Below are positions 13,401 through 28,400 of a stretch of 64,000 nt of DNA, in pieces. Source of the DNA: Eledone cirrhosa (taxonomy: Eukaryota); the NCBI GenBank assembly GCA_964016885.1, contig OZ024744.1:56606001-56670000 (forward strand), written 5' to 3'. Position 1 is the first letter of the stretch; the number at the start of each line of letters is the position of its first letter. The position numbers and the translations under genes were made by a program. The notes beneath the pieces were generated by a model. The model was not told where the DNA came from, did no database searches, and saw only the letters and a program-made list of their open reading frames with translations.

Positions 13401-16400
13401 TATCCTCTCAAACTTCTGTCGGTCACTCTATCCTCTCAAACTTCTGTCGGTCACTCTATCCTCTCAAACTTCTGTCGGTCACTCTATCCTCTCAAACTTC
13501 TGTCGGTCACTCTATCCTCTCAAACTTCTGTCGGTCACTCTATCCTCTCAAACTTCTGTCGGTCACTCTATCCTCTCAAACTTCTGTCGGTCACTCTATC
13601 CTCTCAAACTTCTGTCGGTCACTCCACCCTCTCTAACTTCTGTCGGTCACTCCATCCTCTCTAACTTCTGTCGGTCACTCCATCCTCTCTAACTTCTGTC
13701 GGTCACTCCATCCTCTCTAACTTCTGTCGGTCACTCCATCCTCTCAAACTTCTGTCGGTCACTCCATCCTCTCAAACTTCTGTCGGTCACTCCATCCTCT
13801 CAAACTTCTGTCGGTCACTCTATCCTCTCAAACTTCTGTCTGTCACTCCATCCTTTCTAACTTCTGTCTGTCACTCCATCCTCTCAAACTACTGTCTGTC
13901 ACTCCATCCTCTCAAACTACTGTCTGTCACTCCATCCTCTCAAACTACTGTCTGTCACTCCACCCTCTCTAACTTCTGTCGGTCACTCCATCCTCTCTAA
14001 CTTCTGTCGGTCACTCCATCCTCTCTAACTTCTGTCGGTCACTCCATCCTCTCTAACTTCTGTCGGTCACTCCATCCTCTCTAACTTCTGTCGGTCACTC
14101 CATCCTCTCTAACTTCTGTCGGTCACTCCATCCTCTCTAACTTCTGTCGGTCACTCCATCCTCTCAAACTTCTGTCGGTCACTCCATCCTCTCAAACTTC
14201 TGTCGGTCACTCTATCCTCTCAAACTTCTGTCGGTCACTCTATCCTCTCAAACTTCTGTCGGTCACTCTATCCTCTCAAACTTCTGTCGGTCACTCTATC
14301 CTCTCAAACTTCTGTCGGTCACTCTATCCTCTCAAACTTCTGTCGGTCACTCCATCCTCTCTCACTTCTGTCTGTCACTCCACCCTCTCAAACTTCTGTC
14401 TGTCACTCCACCCTCTCTAACTTCTGTCGGTCACTCCATCCTCTCTAACTTCTGTCGGTCACTCCATCCTCTCTAACTTCTGTCGGTCACTCCATCCTCT
14501 CAAACTTCTGTCGGTCACTCTATCCTCTCAAACTTCTGTCGGTCACTCTATCCTCTCAAACTTCTGTCGGTCACTCTATCCTCTCAAACTTCTGTCGGTC
14601 ACTCTATCCTCTCAAACTTCTGTCGGTCACTCTATCCTCTCAAACTTCTGTCGGTCACTCTATCCTCTGAAACTTCTGTCGGTCACTCTATCCTCTCAAA
14701 CTTCTGTCGGTCACTCTATCCTCTCAAACTTCTGTCGGTCACTCCATCCTCTCAAACTTCTGTCTGTCACTCCATCCTTTCTAACTTCTGTCTGTCACTC
14801 CATCCTCTCTAACTTCTGTCTGTCACTCCATCCTCTCTAACTTCTGTCTGTCACTCCATCCTCTCTCACTTCTGTCTGTCACTCCATCCTCTCTCACTTC
14901 TGTCGGTCACTCCATCCTCTCTAACTTCTGTCGGTCACTCCATCCTCTCAAACTTCTGTCGGTCACTCCATCCTCTCAAACTTCTGTCGGTCACTCCATC
15001 CTCTCAAACTTCTGTCGGTCACTCCATCCTCTCAAACTTCTGTCGGTCACTCTATCCTCTCAAACTTCTGTCGGTCACTCTATCCTCTCAAACTTCTGTC
15101 GGTCACTCTATCCTCTCAAACTTCTGTCGGTCACTCTATCCTCTCTAACTCCTGTCACTCCATCCTCTCTAACTTCTGTCTGTCACTCCATCCTCTCTAA
15201 CTTCTGTCTGTCACTCCATCCTCTCTAACTTCTGTCTGTCACTCCATCCTCTCTAACTTCTGTCTGTCACTCCATCCTCTCTAACTTCTGTCTGTCACTC
15301 CATCCTCTCTAACTTCTGTCTGTCACTCCATCCTCTCTAACTTCTGTCTGTCACTCCATCCTCTCCAACTTCTGTCTGTCACTCCATCCTCTCCAACTTC
15401 TGTCTGTCACTCCATCCTCTCCAACTTCTGTCTGTCACTCCATCCTCTCCAACTTCTGTCTGTCACTCCATCCTCTCCAACTTCTGTCTGTCACTCCATC
15501 CTCTCCAACTTCTGTCTGTCACTCCATCCTCTCCAACTTCTGTCTGTCACTCCATCCTCTCCAACTTCTGTCTGTCACTCCATCCTCTCCAACTTCTGTC
15601 TGTCACTCCATCCTCTCTAACTTCTGTCTGTCACTCCATCCTCTCTAACTTCTGTCACTCCATCCTCTCCAACTTCTGTCTGTCACTCCATCCTCTCAAA
15701 CTTCTGTCTGTCACTCCATCCTCTCAAACTTCTGTCTGTCACTCCATCCTCTCAAACTACTGTCTGTCACTCCACCCTCTCAAACTACTGTCTGTCACTC
15801 CACCCTCTCAAACTTCTGTCTGTCACTCCACCCTCTCTAACTTCTGTCGGTCACTCCATCCTCTCTAACTTCTGTCGGTCACTCTATCCTCTCTAACTTC
15901 TGTCGGTCACTCTATCCTCTCAAACTTCTGTCGGTCACTCTATCCTCTCAAACTTCTGTCGGTCACTCCATCCTCTCAAACTTCTGTCAGTCACTCCATC
16001 CTCTCTCACTTCTGTCTGTCACTCCATCCTTTCTAACTTCTGCCTCTCTTTCCATGCTCTCTAACTCTTGTCACTCCATCCTCTCTAACTTCTGTCTGTC
16101 ACTCCATCCTCTCAAACTTCTGTCTGTCACTCCACCCTCTCTAACTTCTGTCTGTCACTCCATCCTCTCTAACTTCTGTCTGTCACTCCACCCTCTCTAA
16201 CTTCTGTCTGTCACTCCACCCTCTCTAACTTCTGTCTGTCACTCCATCCTCTCAAACTTCTGTCATTCTATCCTCTCAAACTTCTGTCTGTCACTCCATC
16301 CTTTCTAACTTCTGTGTGTCACTCCACCCTCTCTAACTTCTGTCTGTCACTCCACCCTCTCTAACTTCTGTCTGTCACTCCACCCTCTCTAACTTCTGTC

Positions 16401-19400
16401 TGTCACTCCACCCTCTCAAACTTCTGTCTGTCACTCCACCCTCTCAAACTTCTGTCTGTCACTCCACCCTCTCTAACTTCTGTCGGTCACTCCATCCTCT
16501 CTAACTTCTGTCGGTCACTCCATCCTCTCTAACTTCTGTCGGTCACTCCATCCTCTCTAACTTCTGTCGGTCACTCCATCCTCTCTAACTTCTGTCGGTC
16601 ACTCCATCCTCTCTAACTTCTGTCGGTCACTCCATCCTCTCTAACTTCTGTCGGTCACTCCATCCTCTCAAACTTCTGTCGGTCACTCTATCCTCTCAAA
16701 CTTCTGTCTGTCACTCCATCCTCTCTCACTTCTGTCGGTCACTCCATCCTCTCTAACTTCTGTCGGTCACTCCATACTCTCTAACTTCTGTCTGTTACTC
16801 CATCCTCTCCAACTTCTGTCTGTCACTCCATCCTTTCTAACTTCTGTCTGTCACTCCATCCTTTCTAACTTCTGTCTGTCACTCCATCCTCTCTAACTTC
16901 TGTCTGTCACTCCATCCTCTCTAACTTCTGTCTGTCACTCCATCCTCTCTAACTTCTGTCTGTCACTCCATCCTCTCTAACTTCTGTCGGTCACTCTATC
17001 CTCTCAAACTTCTGTCGGTCACTCTATCCTCTCAAACTTCTGTCGGTCACTCTATCCTCTCAAACTTCTGTCTGTCACTCCATCCTCTCTCACTTCTGTC
17101 TGTCACTCCATCCTCTCTCACTTCTGTCTGTCACTCCATCCTCTCTAACTTCTGTCTGTCACTCCATCCTCTCCAACTTCTGTCTGTCACTCCATCCTCT
17201 CCAACTTCTGTCTGTCACTCCATCCTCTCCAACTTCTGTCTGTCACTCCATCCTCTCCAACTTCTGTCTGTCACTCCATCCTCTCCAACTTCTGTCTGTC
17301 ACTCCATCCTCTCTAACTTCTGTCTGTCACTCCACCCTCTCAAACTTCTGTCTGTCACTCCACCCTCTCAAACTTCTGTCTGTCACTCCACCCTCTCTAA
17401 CTTCTGTCGGTCACTCCACCCTCTCTAACTTCTGTCGGTCACTCCATCCTCTCTAACTTCTGTCGGTCACTCCATCCTCTCTAACTTCTGTCGGTCACTC
17501 CATCCTCTCAAACTTCTGTCGGTCACTCCATCCTCTCAAACTTCTGTCGGTCACTCTATCCTCTCAAACTTCTGTCGGTCACTCTATCCTCTCAAACTTC
17601 TGTCGGTCACTCTATCCTCTCAAACTTCTGTCGGTCACTCTATCCTCTCAAACTTCTGTCGGTCACTCTATCCTCTCAAACTTCTGTCGGTCACTCTATC
17701 CTCTCAAACTTCTGTCGGTCACTCTATCCTCTCAAACTTCTGTCGGTCACTCTATCCTCTCAAACTTCTGTCGGTCACTCCACCCTCTCTAACTTCTGTC
17801 GGTCACTCCATCCTCTCTAACTTCTGTCGGTCACTCCATCCTCTCTAACTTCTGTCGGTCACTCCATCCTCTCTAACTTCTGTCTGTCACTCCATCCTCG
17901 CCAACTTCTGTCTGTCACTCCATCCTCTCCAACTTCTGTCTGTCACTCCATCCTCTCAAACTTCTGTCTGTCACTCCATCCTCTCAAACTACTGTCTGTC
18001 ACTCCACCCTCTCAAACTACTGTCTGTCACTCCACCCTCTCAAACTTCTGTCTGTCACTCCACCCTCTCTAACTTCTGTCGGTCACTCCATCCTCTCTAA
18101 CTTCTGTCGGTCACTCTATCCTCTCTAACTTCTGTCGGTCACTCTATCCTCTCAAACTTCTGTCGGTCACTCTATCCTCTCAAACTTCTGTCGGTCACTC
18201 CATCCTCTCAAACTTCTGTCAGTCACTCCATCCTCTCTCACTTCTGTCTGTCACTCCATCCTTTCTAACTTCTGCCTCTCTTTCCATGCTCTCTAACTCT
18301 TGTCACTCCATCCTCTCTAACTTCTGTCTGTCACTCCATCCTCTCAAACTTCTGTCTGTCACTCCACCCTCTCTAACTTCTGTCTGTCACTCCATCCTCT
18401 CTAACTTCTGTCTGTCACTCCACCCTCTCTAACTTCTGTCTGTCACTCCACCCTCTCTAACTTCTGTCTGTCACTCCATCCTCTCAAACTTCTGTCATTC
18501 TATCCTCTCAAACTTCTGTCTGTCACTCCATCCTTTCTAACTTCTGTGTGTCACTCCACCCTCTCTAACTTCTGTCTGTCACTCCACCCTCTCTAACTTC
18601 TGTCTGTCACTCCACCCTCTCTAACTTCTGTCTGTCACTCCACCCTCTCAAACTTCTGTCTGTCACTCCACCCTCTCAAACTTCTGTCTGTCACTCCACC
18701 CTCTCTAACTTCTGTCGGTCACTCCATCCTCTCTAACTTCTGTCGGTCACTCCATCCTCTCTAACTTCTGTCGGTCACTCCATCCTCTCTAACTTCTGTC
18801 GGTCACTCCATCCTCTCTAACTTCTGTCGGTCACTCCATCCTCTCTAACTTCTGTCGGTCACTCCATCCTCTCTAACTTCTGTCGGTCACTCCATCCTCT
18901 CAAACTTCTGTCGGTCACTCTATCCTCTCAAACTTCTGTCTGTCACTCCATCCTCTCTCACTTCTGTCGGTCACTCCATCCTCTCTAACTTCTGTCGGTC
19001 ACTCCATACTCTCTAACTTCTGTCTGTTACTCCATCCTCTCCAACTTCTGTCTGTCACTCCATCCTTTCTAACTTCTGTCTGTCACTCCATCCTTTCTAA
19101 CTTCTGTCTGTCACTCCATCCTCTCTAACTTCTGTCTGTCACTCCATCCTCTCTAACTTCTGTCTGTCACTCCATCCTCTCTAACTTCTGTCTGTCACTC
19201 CATCCTCTCTAACTTCTGTCGGTCACTCTATCCTCTCAAACTTCTGTCGGTCACTCTATCCTCTCAAACTTCTGTCGGTCACTCTATCCTCTCAAACTTC
19301 TGTCTGTCACTCCATCCTCTCTCACTTCTGTCTGTCACTCCATCCTCTCTCACTTCTGTCTGTCACTCCATCCTCTCTCACTTCTGTCTGTCACTCCATC

Positions 19401-22400
19401 CTCTCCAACTTCTGTCTGTCACTCCATCCTCTCCAACTTCTGTCTGTCACTCCATCCTCTCCAACTTCTGTCTGTCACTCCATCCTCTCCAACTTCTGTC
19501 TGTCACTCCATCCTCTCCAACTTCTGTCTGTCACTCCATCCTCTCCAACTTCTGTCTGTCACTCCACCCTCTCAAACTTCTGTCTGTCACTCCACCCTCT
19601 CAAACTTCTGTCTGTCACTCCACCCTCTCAAACTTCTGTCGGTCACTCCACCCTCTCTAACTTCTGTCGGTCACTCCATCCTCTCTAACTTCTGTCGGTC
19701 ACTCCATCCTCTCTAACTTCTGTCGGTCACTCCATCCTCTCAAACTTCTGTCGGTCACTCCATCCTCTCAAACTTCTGTCGGTCACTCCATCCTCTCAAA
19801 CTTCTGTCGGTCACTCTATCCTCTCAAACTTCTGTCGGTCACTCTATCCTCTCAAACTTCTGTCGGTCACTCTATCCTCTCAAACTTCTGTCGGTCACTC
19901 TATCCTCTCAAACTTCTGTCGGTCACTCTATCCTCTCAAACTTCTGTCGGTCACTCTATCCTCTCAAACTTCTGTCGGTCACTCTATCCTCTCAAACTTC
20001 TGTCGGTCACTCTATCCTCTCAAACTTCTGTCGGTCACTCCACCCTCTCTAACTTCTGTCGGTCACTCCATCCTCTCTAACTTCTGTCGGTCACTCCATC
20101 CTCTCTAACTTCTGTCGGTCACTCCATCCTCTCTAACTTCTGTCGGTCACTCCATCCTCTCTAACTTCTGTCGGTCACTCCATCCTCTCAAACTTCTGTC
20201 GGTCACTCCATCCTCTCAAACTTCTGTCGGTCACTCTATCCTCTCAAACTTCTGTCGGTCACTCTATCCTCTCAAACTTCTGTCGGTCACTCTATCCTCT
20301 CAAACTTCTGTCGGTCACTCTATCCTCTCTAACTCCTGTCACTCCATCCTCTCTAACTTCTGTCTGTCACTCCATCCTCTCTAACTTCTGTCTGTCACTC
20401 CATCCTCTCTAACTTCTGTCTGTCACTCCATCCTCTCCAACTTCTGTCTGTCACTCCATCCTCTCCAACTTCTGTCTGTCACTCCATCCTCTCCAACTTC
20501 TGTCTGTCACTCCATCCTCTCCAACTTCTGTCTGTCACTCCATCCTCTCCAACTTCTGTCTGTCACTCCATCCTCTCCAACTTCTGTCTGTCACTCCATC
20601 CTCTCCAACTTCTGTCTGTCACTCCATCCTCTCCAACTTCTGTCTGTCACTCCATCCTCTCCAACTTCTGTCTGTCACTCCATCCTCTCTAACTTCTGTC
20701 TGTCACTCCATCCTCTCTAACTTCTGTCTGTCACTCCATCCTCTCTAACTTCTGTCACTCCATCCTCTCTAACTTCTGTCTGTCACTCCATCCTTTCTAA
20801 CTTCTGTCTGTCACTCCATCCTTTCTAACTTCTGTCTGTCACTCCATCCTTTCTAACTTCTGTCTGTCACTCCATCCTTTCTAACTTCTGTCTGTCACTC
20901 CATCCTTTCTAACTTCTGTCTGTCACTCCATCCTTTCTAACTTCTGTCTGTCACTCCATCCTTTCTAACTTCTGTCTGTCATTCCATCCTCTCAAACTTC
21001 TGTCTGTCACTCCATCCTCGCCAACTTCTGTCTGTCACTCCATCCTCTCCAACTTCTGTCTGTCACTCCATCCTCTCAAACTACTGTCTGTCACTCCATC
21101 CTCTCAAACTACTGTCTGTCACTCCATCCTCTCAAACTACTGTCTGTCACTCCACCCTCTCAAACTTCTGTCTGTCACTCCACCCTCTCTAACTTCTGTC
21201 GGTCACTCCATCCTCTCTAACTTCTGTCGGTCACTCTATCCTCTCTAACTTCTGTCGGTCACTCTATCCTCTCTAACTTCTGTCGGTCACTCTATCCTCT
21301 CAAACTTCTGTCGGTCACTCTATCCTCTCAAACTTCTGTCGGTTACTCCATCCTCTCAAACTTCTGTCAGTCACTCCATCCTCTCTCACTTCTGTCTGTC
21401 ACTCCATCCTTTCTAACTTCTGCCTCTCTTTCCATGCTCTCTAACTCTTGTCACTCCATCCTCTCTAACTTCTGTCTGTCACTCCATCCTCTCAAACTTC
21501 TGTCTGTCACTCCATCCTCTCAAACTTCTGTCTGTCACTCCATCCTCTCTAACTTCTGTCTGTCACTCCATCCTCTCTAACTTCTGTCTGTCACTCCACC
21601 CTCTCTAACTTCTGTCTGTCACTCCACCCTCTCTAACTTCTGTCTGTCACTCCATCCTCTCAAACTTCTGTCATTCTATCCTCTCAAACTTCTGTCTGTC
21701 ACTCCATCCTTTCTAACTTCTGTGTGTCACTCCACCCTCTCTAACTTCTGTCTGTCACTCCACCCTCTCTAACTTCTGTCTGTCACTCCACCCTCTCTAA
21801 CTTCTGTCTGTCACTCCACCCTCTCAAACTTCTGTCTGTCACTCCACCCTCTCAAACTTCTGTCTGTCACTCCACCCTCTCTAACTTCTGTCTGTCACTC
21901 CACCCTCTCTAACTTCTGTCTGTCACTCCACCCTCTCTAACTTCTGTCGGTCACTCCATCCTCTCTAACTTCTGTCGGTCACTCCATCCTCTCTAACTTC
22001 TGTCGGTCACTCCATCCTCTCTAACTTCTGTCGGTCACTCCATCCTCTCTAACTTCTGTCGGTCACTCCATCCTCTCTAACTTCTGTCGGTCACTCCATC
22101 CTCTCTAACTTCTGTCGGTCACTCCATCCTCTCTAACTTCTGTCGGTCACTCCATCCTCTCTAACTTCTGTCGGTCACTCTATCCTCTCAAACTTCTGTC
22201 GGTCACTCTGTCCTCTTAAACTTCTGTCGGTCACTCTGTCCTCTCAAACTGCTGTCGGTCACTCTATCCTCTCAAACTTCTGTCGGTCACTCCATCCTCT
22301 CAAACTTCTGTCGGTCACTCCATCCTCTCTAACTTCTGTCGGTCACTCCATCCTCTCTAACTTCTGTCGGTCACTCCATCCTCTCTAACTTCTATCGGTC

Positions 22401-25400
22401 ACTCCATCCTCTCAAACTTCTGTCGGTCACTCCATTCTCTCAAACTTCTGTCGGTCACTCTATCCTCTCAAACTTCTGTCAGTCACTCTATCCTCTCAAA
22501 CTTCTGTCGGTCACTCTATCCTCTCTCACTTCTGTCTGTCACTCCATCCTCTCTCACTTCTGTCTGTCACTCCATCCTCTCTAACTTCTGTCGGTCACTC
22601 CATCCTCTCTAACTTCTGTCGGTCACTCCATACTCTCTAACTTCTGTCTGTTACTCCATCCTCTCCAACTTCTGTCTGTCACTCCATCCTTTCTAACTTC
22701 TGTCTGTCACTCCATCCTCTCTAACTTCTGTCTGTCACTCCATCCTCTCTAACTTCTGTCACTCCATCCTCTCTAACTTCTGTCACTCCATCCTCTCTAA
22801 CTTCTGTCACTCCATCCTCTCTAACTTCTGTCTGTCACTCCATCCTTTCTAACTTCTGTCTGTCACTCCATCCTTTCTAACTTCTGTCTGTCACTCCATC
22901 CTTTCTAACTTCTGTCTGTCACTCCATCCTTTCTAACTTCTGTCTGTCACTCCATCCTTTCTAACTTCTGTCTGTCACTCCATCCTCTCAAACTTCTGTC
23001 TGTCACTCCATCCTCTCCAACTACTGTCTGTCACTCCATCCTCTCCAACTACTGTCTGTCACTCCATCCTCTCAAACTACTGTCTGTCACTCTATCCTCT
23101 CAAACTTCTGTCGGTCACTCTATCCTCTCAAACTTCTATCGGTCACTCTATCCTCTCAAACTTCTGTCGGTCACTCTATCCTCTCAAACTTCTGTCGGTC
23201 ACTCCATCCTCTCAAACTTCTGTCTGTCACTCCATCCTCTCTAACTTCTGTCTGTCACTCCATCCTCTCTAACTTCTGTCTGTCACTCCATCCTCTCTAA
23301 CTTCTGCTTGTCACTCCATCCTCTCTAACTTCTGTCTGTCACTCCATCCTCGCCAACTTCTGTCTGTCACTCCATCCTCTCTAACTTCTGTCACTCCATC
23401 CACTCTAACTTCTGTCTGTCACTCCATCCTCTCTAGCTCCTGCCTGTCACTCCATCCTCTCTAACTTCTGTCTGTCACTCCATCCTCGCCAACTTCTGTC
23501 TGTCACTCCATCCTCTCTAACTTCTGTCACTCCATCCACTCTAACTTCTGTCTGTCACTCCATCCTTTCTAACTTCTGTCTGTCACTCCATCCTTTCTAA
23601 CTTCTGTCTGTCACTCCATCCTTTCTAACTTCTGTCTGTCACTCCATCCTTTCTAACTTCTGTCTGTCACTCCATCCTTTCTAACTTCTGTCTGTTACTC
23701 CATCCTCTCCAACTTCTGTCTGTCACTCCATCCTTTCTAACTTCTGTCTGTCACTCCATCCTCTCTAACTTCTGTCTGTCACTCCATCCTCTCTAACTTC
23801 TGTCTGTCACTCCATCCTCTCTAACTTCTGTCTGTCACTCCATCCTCTCAAACTTCTGTCGGTCACTCCATCCTCTCTAACTTCTGTCTGTCACTCCATC
23901 CTCTCTCACTTCTGTCTGTCACTCCATCCTCTCTAACTTCTGTCGGTCACTCCATCCTCTCAAACTTCTGTCTGTCACTCCATCCTTTCTAACTTCTGTC
24001 TGTCACTCCATCCTTTCTAACTTCTGTCTGTCACTCCATCCTTTCTAACTTCTGTCTGTCACTCCACCCTCTCAAACTTCTGTCGGTCACTCCATCCTCT
24101 CAAACTTCTGTCGGTCACTCTATCCTCTCAAACTTCTGTCGGTCATTCCATCCTCTCAAACTTCTGTCGGTCACTCTATCCTCTCAAACTTCTGTCGGTC
24201 ACTCTATCCTCTCAAACTTCTGTCGGTCACTCTATCCTCTCAAACTTCTGTCGGTCACTCTATCCTCTCAAACTTCTGTCGGTCACTCCATCCTCTCTCA
24301 CTTCTGTCTGTCACTCCATCCTCTCTAACTTCTGTCTGTCACTCCATCCTCTCTAACTTCTGTCTGTCACTCCATCCTCTCTGACTTCTGTCTGTCACTC
24401 CATCCTCTGTAACTTCTGTCTGTCACTCCATCCTCTCTAACTTCTGTCTGTCACTCCATCCTCTCCAACTTCTGTCTGTCACTCCATCCTCTCCAACTTC
24501 TGTCTGTCACTCCATCCTCTCCAACTTCTGTCTGTCACTCCATCCTCTCCAACTTCTGTCTGTCACTCCATCCTCTCCAACTTCTGTCTGTCACTCCATC
24601 CTCTCCAACTTCTGTCTGTCACTCCATCCTCTCCAACTTCTGTCTGTCACTCCATCCTCTCCAACTTCTGTCTGTCACTCCATCCTCTCCAACTTCTGTC
24701 TGTCACTCCATCCTCTCCAACTTCTGTCTGTCACTCCATCCTCTCCAACTTCTGTCTGTCACTCCATCCTCTCTAACTTCTGTCTGTCACTCCATCCTCT
24801 CTAACTTCTGTCACTCCATCCTCTCTAACTTCTGTCACTCCATCCTCTCTAACTTCTGTCACTCCATCCTCTCTAACTTCTGTCTGTCACTCCATCCTTT
24901 CTAACTTCTGTCTGTCACTCCATCCTTTCTAACTTCTGTCTGTCACTCCATCCTTTCTAACTTCTGTCTGTCACTCCATCCTTTCTAACTTCTGTCTGTC
25001 ACTCCATCCTTTCTAACTTCTGTCTGTCACTCCATCCTCTCAAACTTCTGTCTGTCACTCCATCCTCTCCAACTACTGTCTGTCACTCCATCCTCTCCAA
25101 CTACTGTCTGTCACTCCATCCTCTCAAACTACTGTCTGTCACTCTATCCTCTCAAACTTCTGTCGGTCACTCTATCCTCTCAAACTTCTATCGGTCACTC
25201 TATCCTCTCAAACTTCTGTCGGTCACTCTATCCTCTCAAACTTCTGTCGGTCACTCCATCCTCTCAAACTTCTGTCTGTCACTCCATCCTCTCTAACTTC
25301 TGTCTGTCACTCCATCCTCTCTAACTTCTGTCTGTCACTCCATCCTCTCTAACTTCTGCTTGTCACTCCATCCTCTCTAACTTCTGTCTGTCACTCCATC

Positions 25401-28400
25401 CTCGCCAACTTCTGTCTGTCACTCCATCCTCTCTAACTTCTGTCACTCCATCCACTCTAACTTCTGTCTGTCACTCCGTCCTTTCTAACTTCTGTCTGTC
25501 ACTCCATCCTTTCTAACTTCTGTCTGTCACTCCATCCTTTCTAACTTCTGTCTGTCACTCCATCCTTTCTAACTTCTGTCTGTCACTCCATCCTTTCTAA
25601 CTTCTGTCTGTCACTCCATCCTTTCTAACTTCTGTCTGTCACTCCATCCTTTCTAACTTCTGTCTGTCACTCCATCCTTTCTAACTTCTGTCTGTCACTC
25701 CATCCTTTCTAACTTCTGTCTGTCACTCCATCCTTTCTAACTTCTGTCTGTCACTCCATCCTTTCTAACTTCTGTCTGTCACTCCATCCTTTCTAACTTC
25801 TGTCTGTCACTCCATCCTTTCTAACTTCTGTCTGTCACTCCATCCTTTCTAACTTCTGTCTGTCACTCCATCCTCTCAAACTACTGTCTGTCACTCCATC
25901 CTCTCAAACTACTGTCTGTCACTCCATCCTCTCAAACTACTGTCTGTCACTCCACCCTCTCTAACTTCTGTCGGTCACTCCATCCTCTCTAACTTCTGTC
26001 GGTCACTCCATCCTCTCTAACTTCTGTCGGTCACTCCATCCTCTCTAACTTCTGTCGGTCACTCCATCCTCTCTAACTTCTGTCGGTCACTCCATCCTCT
26101 CAAACTTCTGTCGGTCACTCTATCCTCTCAAACTTCTGTCGGTCACTCTATCCTCTCAAATTTCTGTCGGTCACTCTATCCTCTCAAACTTCTGTCGGTC
26201 ACTCTATCCTCTCAAACTTCTGTCGGTCACTCTATCCTCTCAAACTTCTGTCGGTCACTCTATCCTCTCAAACTTCTGTCGGTCACTCCATCCTCTCTCA
26301 CTTCTGTCTGTCACTCCACCCTCTCAAACTTCTGTCTGTCACTCCACCCTCTCTAACTTCTGTCGGTCACTCCATCCTCTCTAACTTCTGTCGGTCACTC
26401 CATCCTCTCTAACTTCTGTCGGTCACTCCATCCTCTCTAACTTCTGTCGGTCACTCCATCCTCTCAAACTTCTGTCGGTCACTCTATCCTCTCAAACTTC
26501 TGTCGGTCACTCTATCCTCTCAAACTTCTGTCGGTCACTCTATCCTCTCAAACTTCTGTCGGTCACTCTATCCTCTCAAACTTCTGTCGGTCACTCTATC
26601 CTCTCAAACTTCTGTCGGTCACTCTATCCTCTGAAACTTCTGTCGGTCACTCTATCCTCTCAAACTTCTGTCGGTCACTCTATCCTCTCAAACTTCTGTC
26701 GGTCACTCCATCCTCTCAAACTTCTGTCTGTCACTCCATCCTTTCTAACTTCTGTCTGTCACTCCATCCTCTCTAACTTCTGTCTGTCACTCCATCCTCT
26801 CTCACTTCTGTCTGTCACTCCATCCTCTCTCACTTCTGTCGGTCACTCCATCCTCTCTAACTTCTGTCGGTCACTCCATCCTCTCAAACTTCTGTCGGTC
26901 ACTCCATCCTCTCAAACTTCTGTCGGTCACTCCATCCTCTCAAACTTCTGTCGGTCACTCCATCCTCTCAAACTTCTGTCGGTCACTCTATCCTCTCAAA
27001 CTTCTGTCGGTCACTCTATCCTCTCAAACTTCTGTCGGTCACTCTATCCTCTCAAACTTCTGTCGGTCACTCTATCCTCTCTAACTCCTGTCACTCCATC
27101 CTCTCTAACTTCTGTCTGTCACTCCATCCTCTCTAACTTCTGTCTGTCACTCCATCCTCTCTAACTTCTGTCTGTCACTCCATCCTCTCTAACTTCTGTC
27201 TGTCACTCCATCCTCTCTAACTTCTGTCTGTCACTCCATCCTCTCCAACTTCTGTCTGTCACTCCATCCTCTCCAACTTCTGTCTGTCACTCCATCCTCT
27301 CCAACTTCTGTCTGTCACTCCATCCTCTCCAACTTCTGTCTGTCACTCCATCCTCTCCAACTTCTGTCTGTCACTCCATCCTCTCCAACTTCTGTCTGTC
27401 ACTCCATCCTCTCCAACTTCTGTCTGTCACTCCATCCTCTCCAACTTCTGTCTGTCACTCCATCCTCTCCAACTTCTGTCTGTCACTCCATCCTCTCCAA
27501 CTTCTGTCTGTCACTCCATCCTCTCTAACTTCTGTCTGTCACTCCATCCTCTCTAACTTCTGTCTGTCACTCCATCCTCTCTAACTTCTGTCACTCCATC
27601 CTCTCTAACTTCTGTCTGTCACTCCATCCTTTCTAACTTCTGTCTGTCACTCCATCCTTTCTAACTTCTGTCTGTCACTCCATCCTTTCTAACTTCTGTC
27701 TGTCACTCCATCCTTTCTAACTTCTGTCTGTCACTCCATCCTTTCTAACTTCTGTCTGTCACTCCATCCTTTCTAACTTCTGTCTGTCATTCCATCCTCT
27801 CAAACTTCTGTCTGTCACTCCATCCTCGCCAACTTCTGTCTGTCACTCCATCCTCTCCAACTTCTGTCTGTCACTCCATCCTCTCAAACTTCTGTCTGTC
27901 ACTCCATCCTCTCAAACTACTGTCTGTCACTCCACCCTCTCAAACTACTGTCTGTCACTCCACCCTCTCAAACTTCTGTCTGTCACTCCACCCTCTCTAA
28001 CTTCTGTCGGTCACTCCATCCTCTCTAACTTCTGTCGGTCACTCTATCCTCTCTAACTTCTGTCGGTCACTCTATCCTCTCAAACTTCTGTCGGTCACTC
28101 TATCCTCTCAAACTTCTGTCGGTCACTCCATCCTCTCAAACTTCTGTCAGTCACTCCATCCTCTCTCACTTCTGTCTGTCACTCCATCCTTTCTAACTTC
28201 TGCCTCTCTTTCCATGCTCTCTAACTCTTGTCACTCCATCCTCTCTAACTTCTGTCTGTCACTCCATCCTCTCAAACTTCTGTCTGTCACTCCACCCTCT
28301 CTAACTTCTGTCTGTCACTCCATCCTCTCTAACTTCTGTCTGTCACTCCACCCTCTCTAACTTCTGTCTGTCACTCCACCCTCTCTAACTTCTGTCTGTC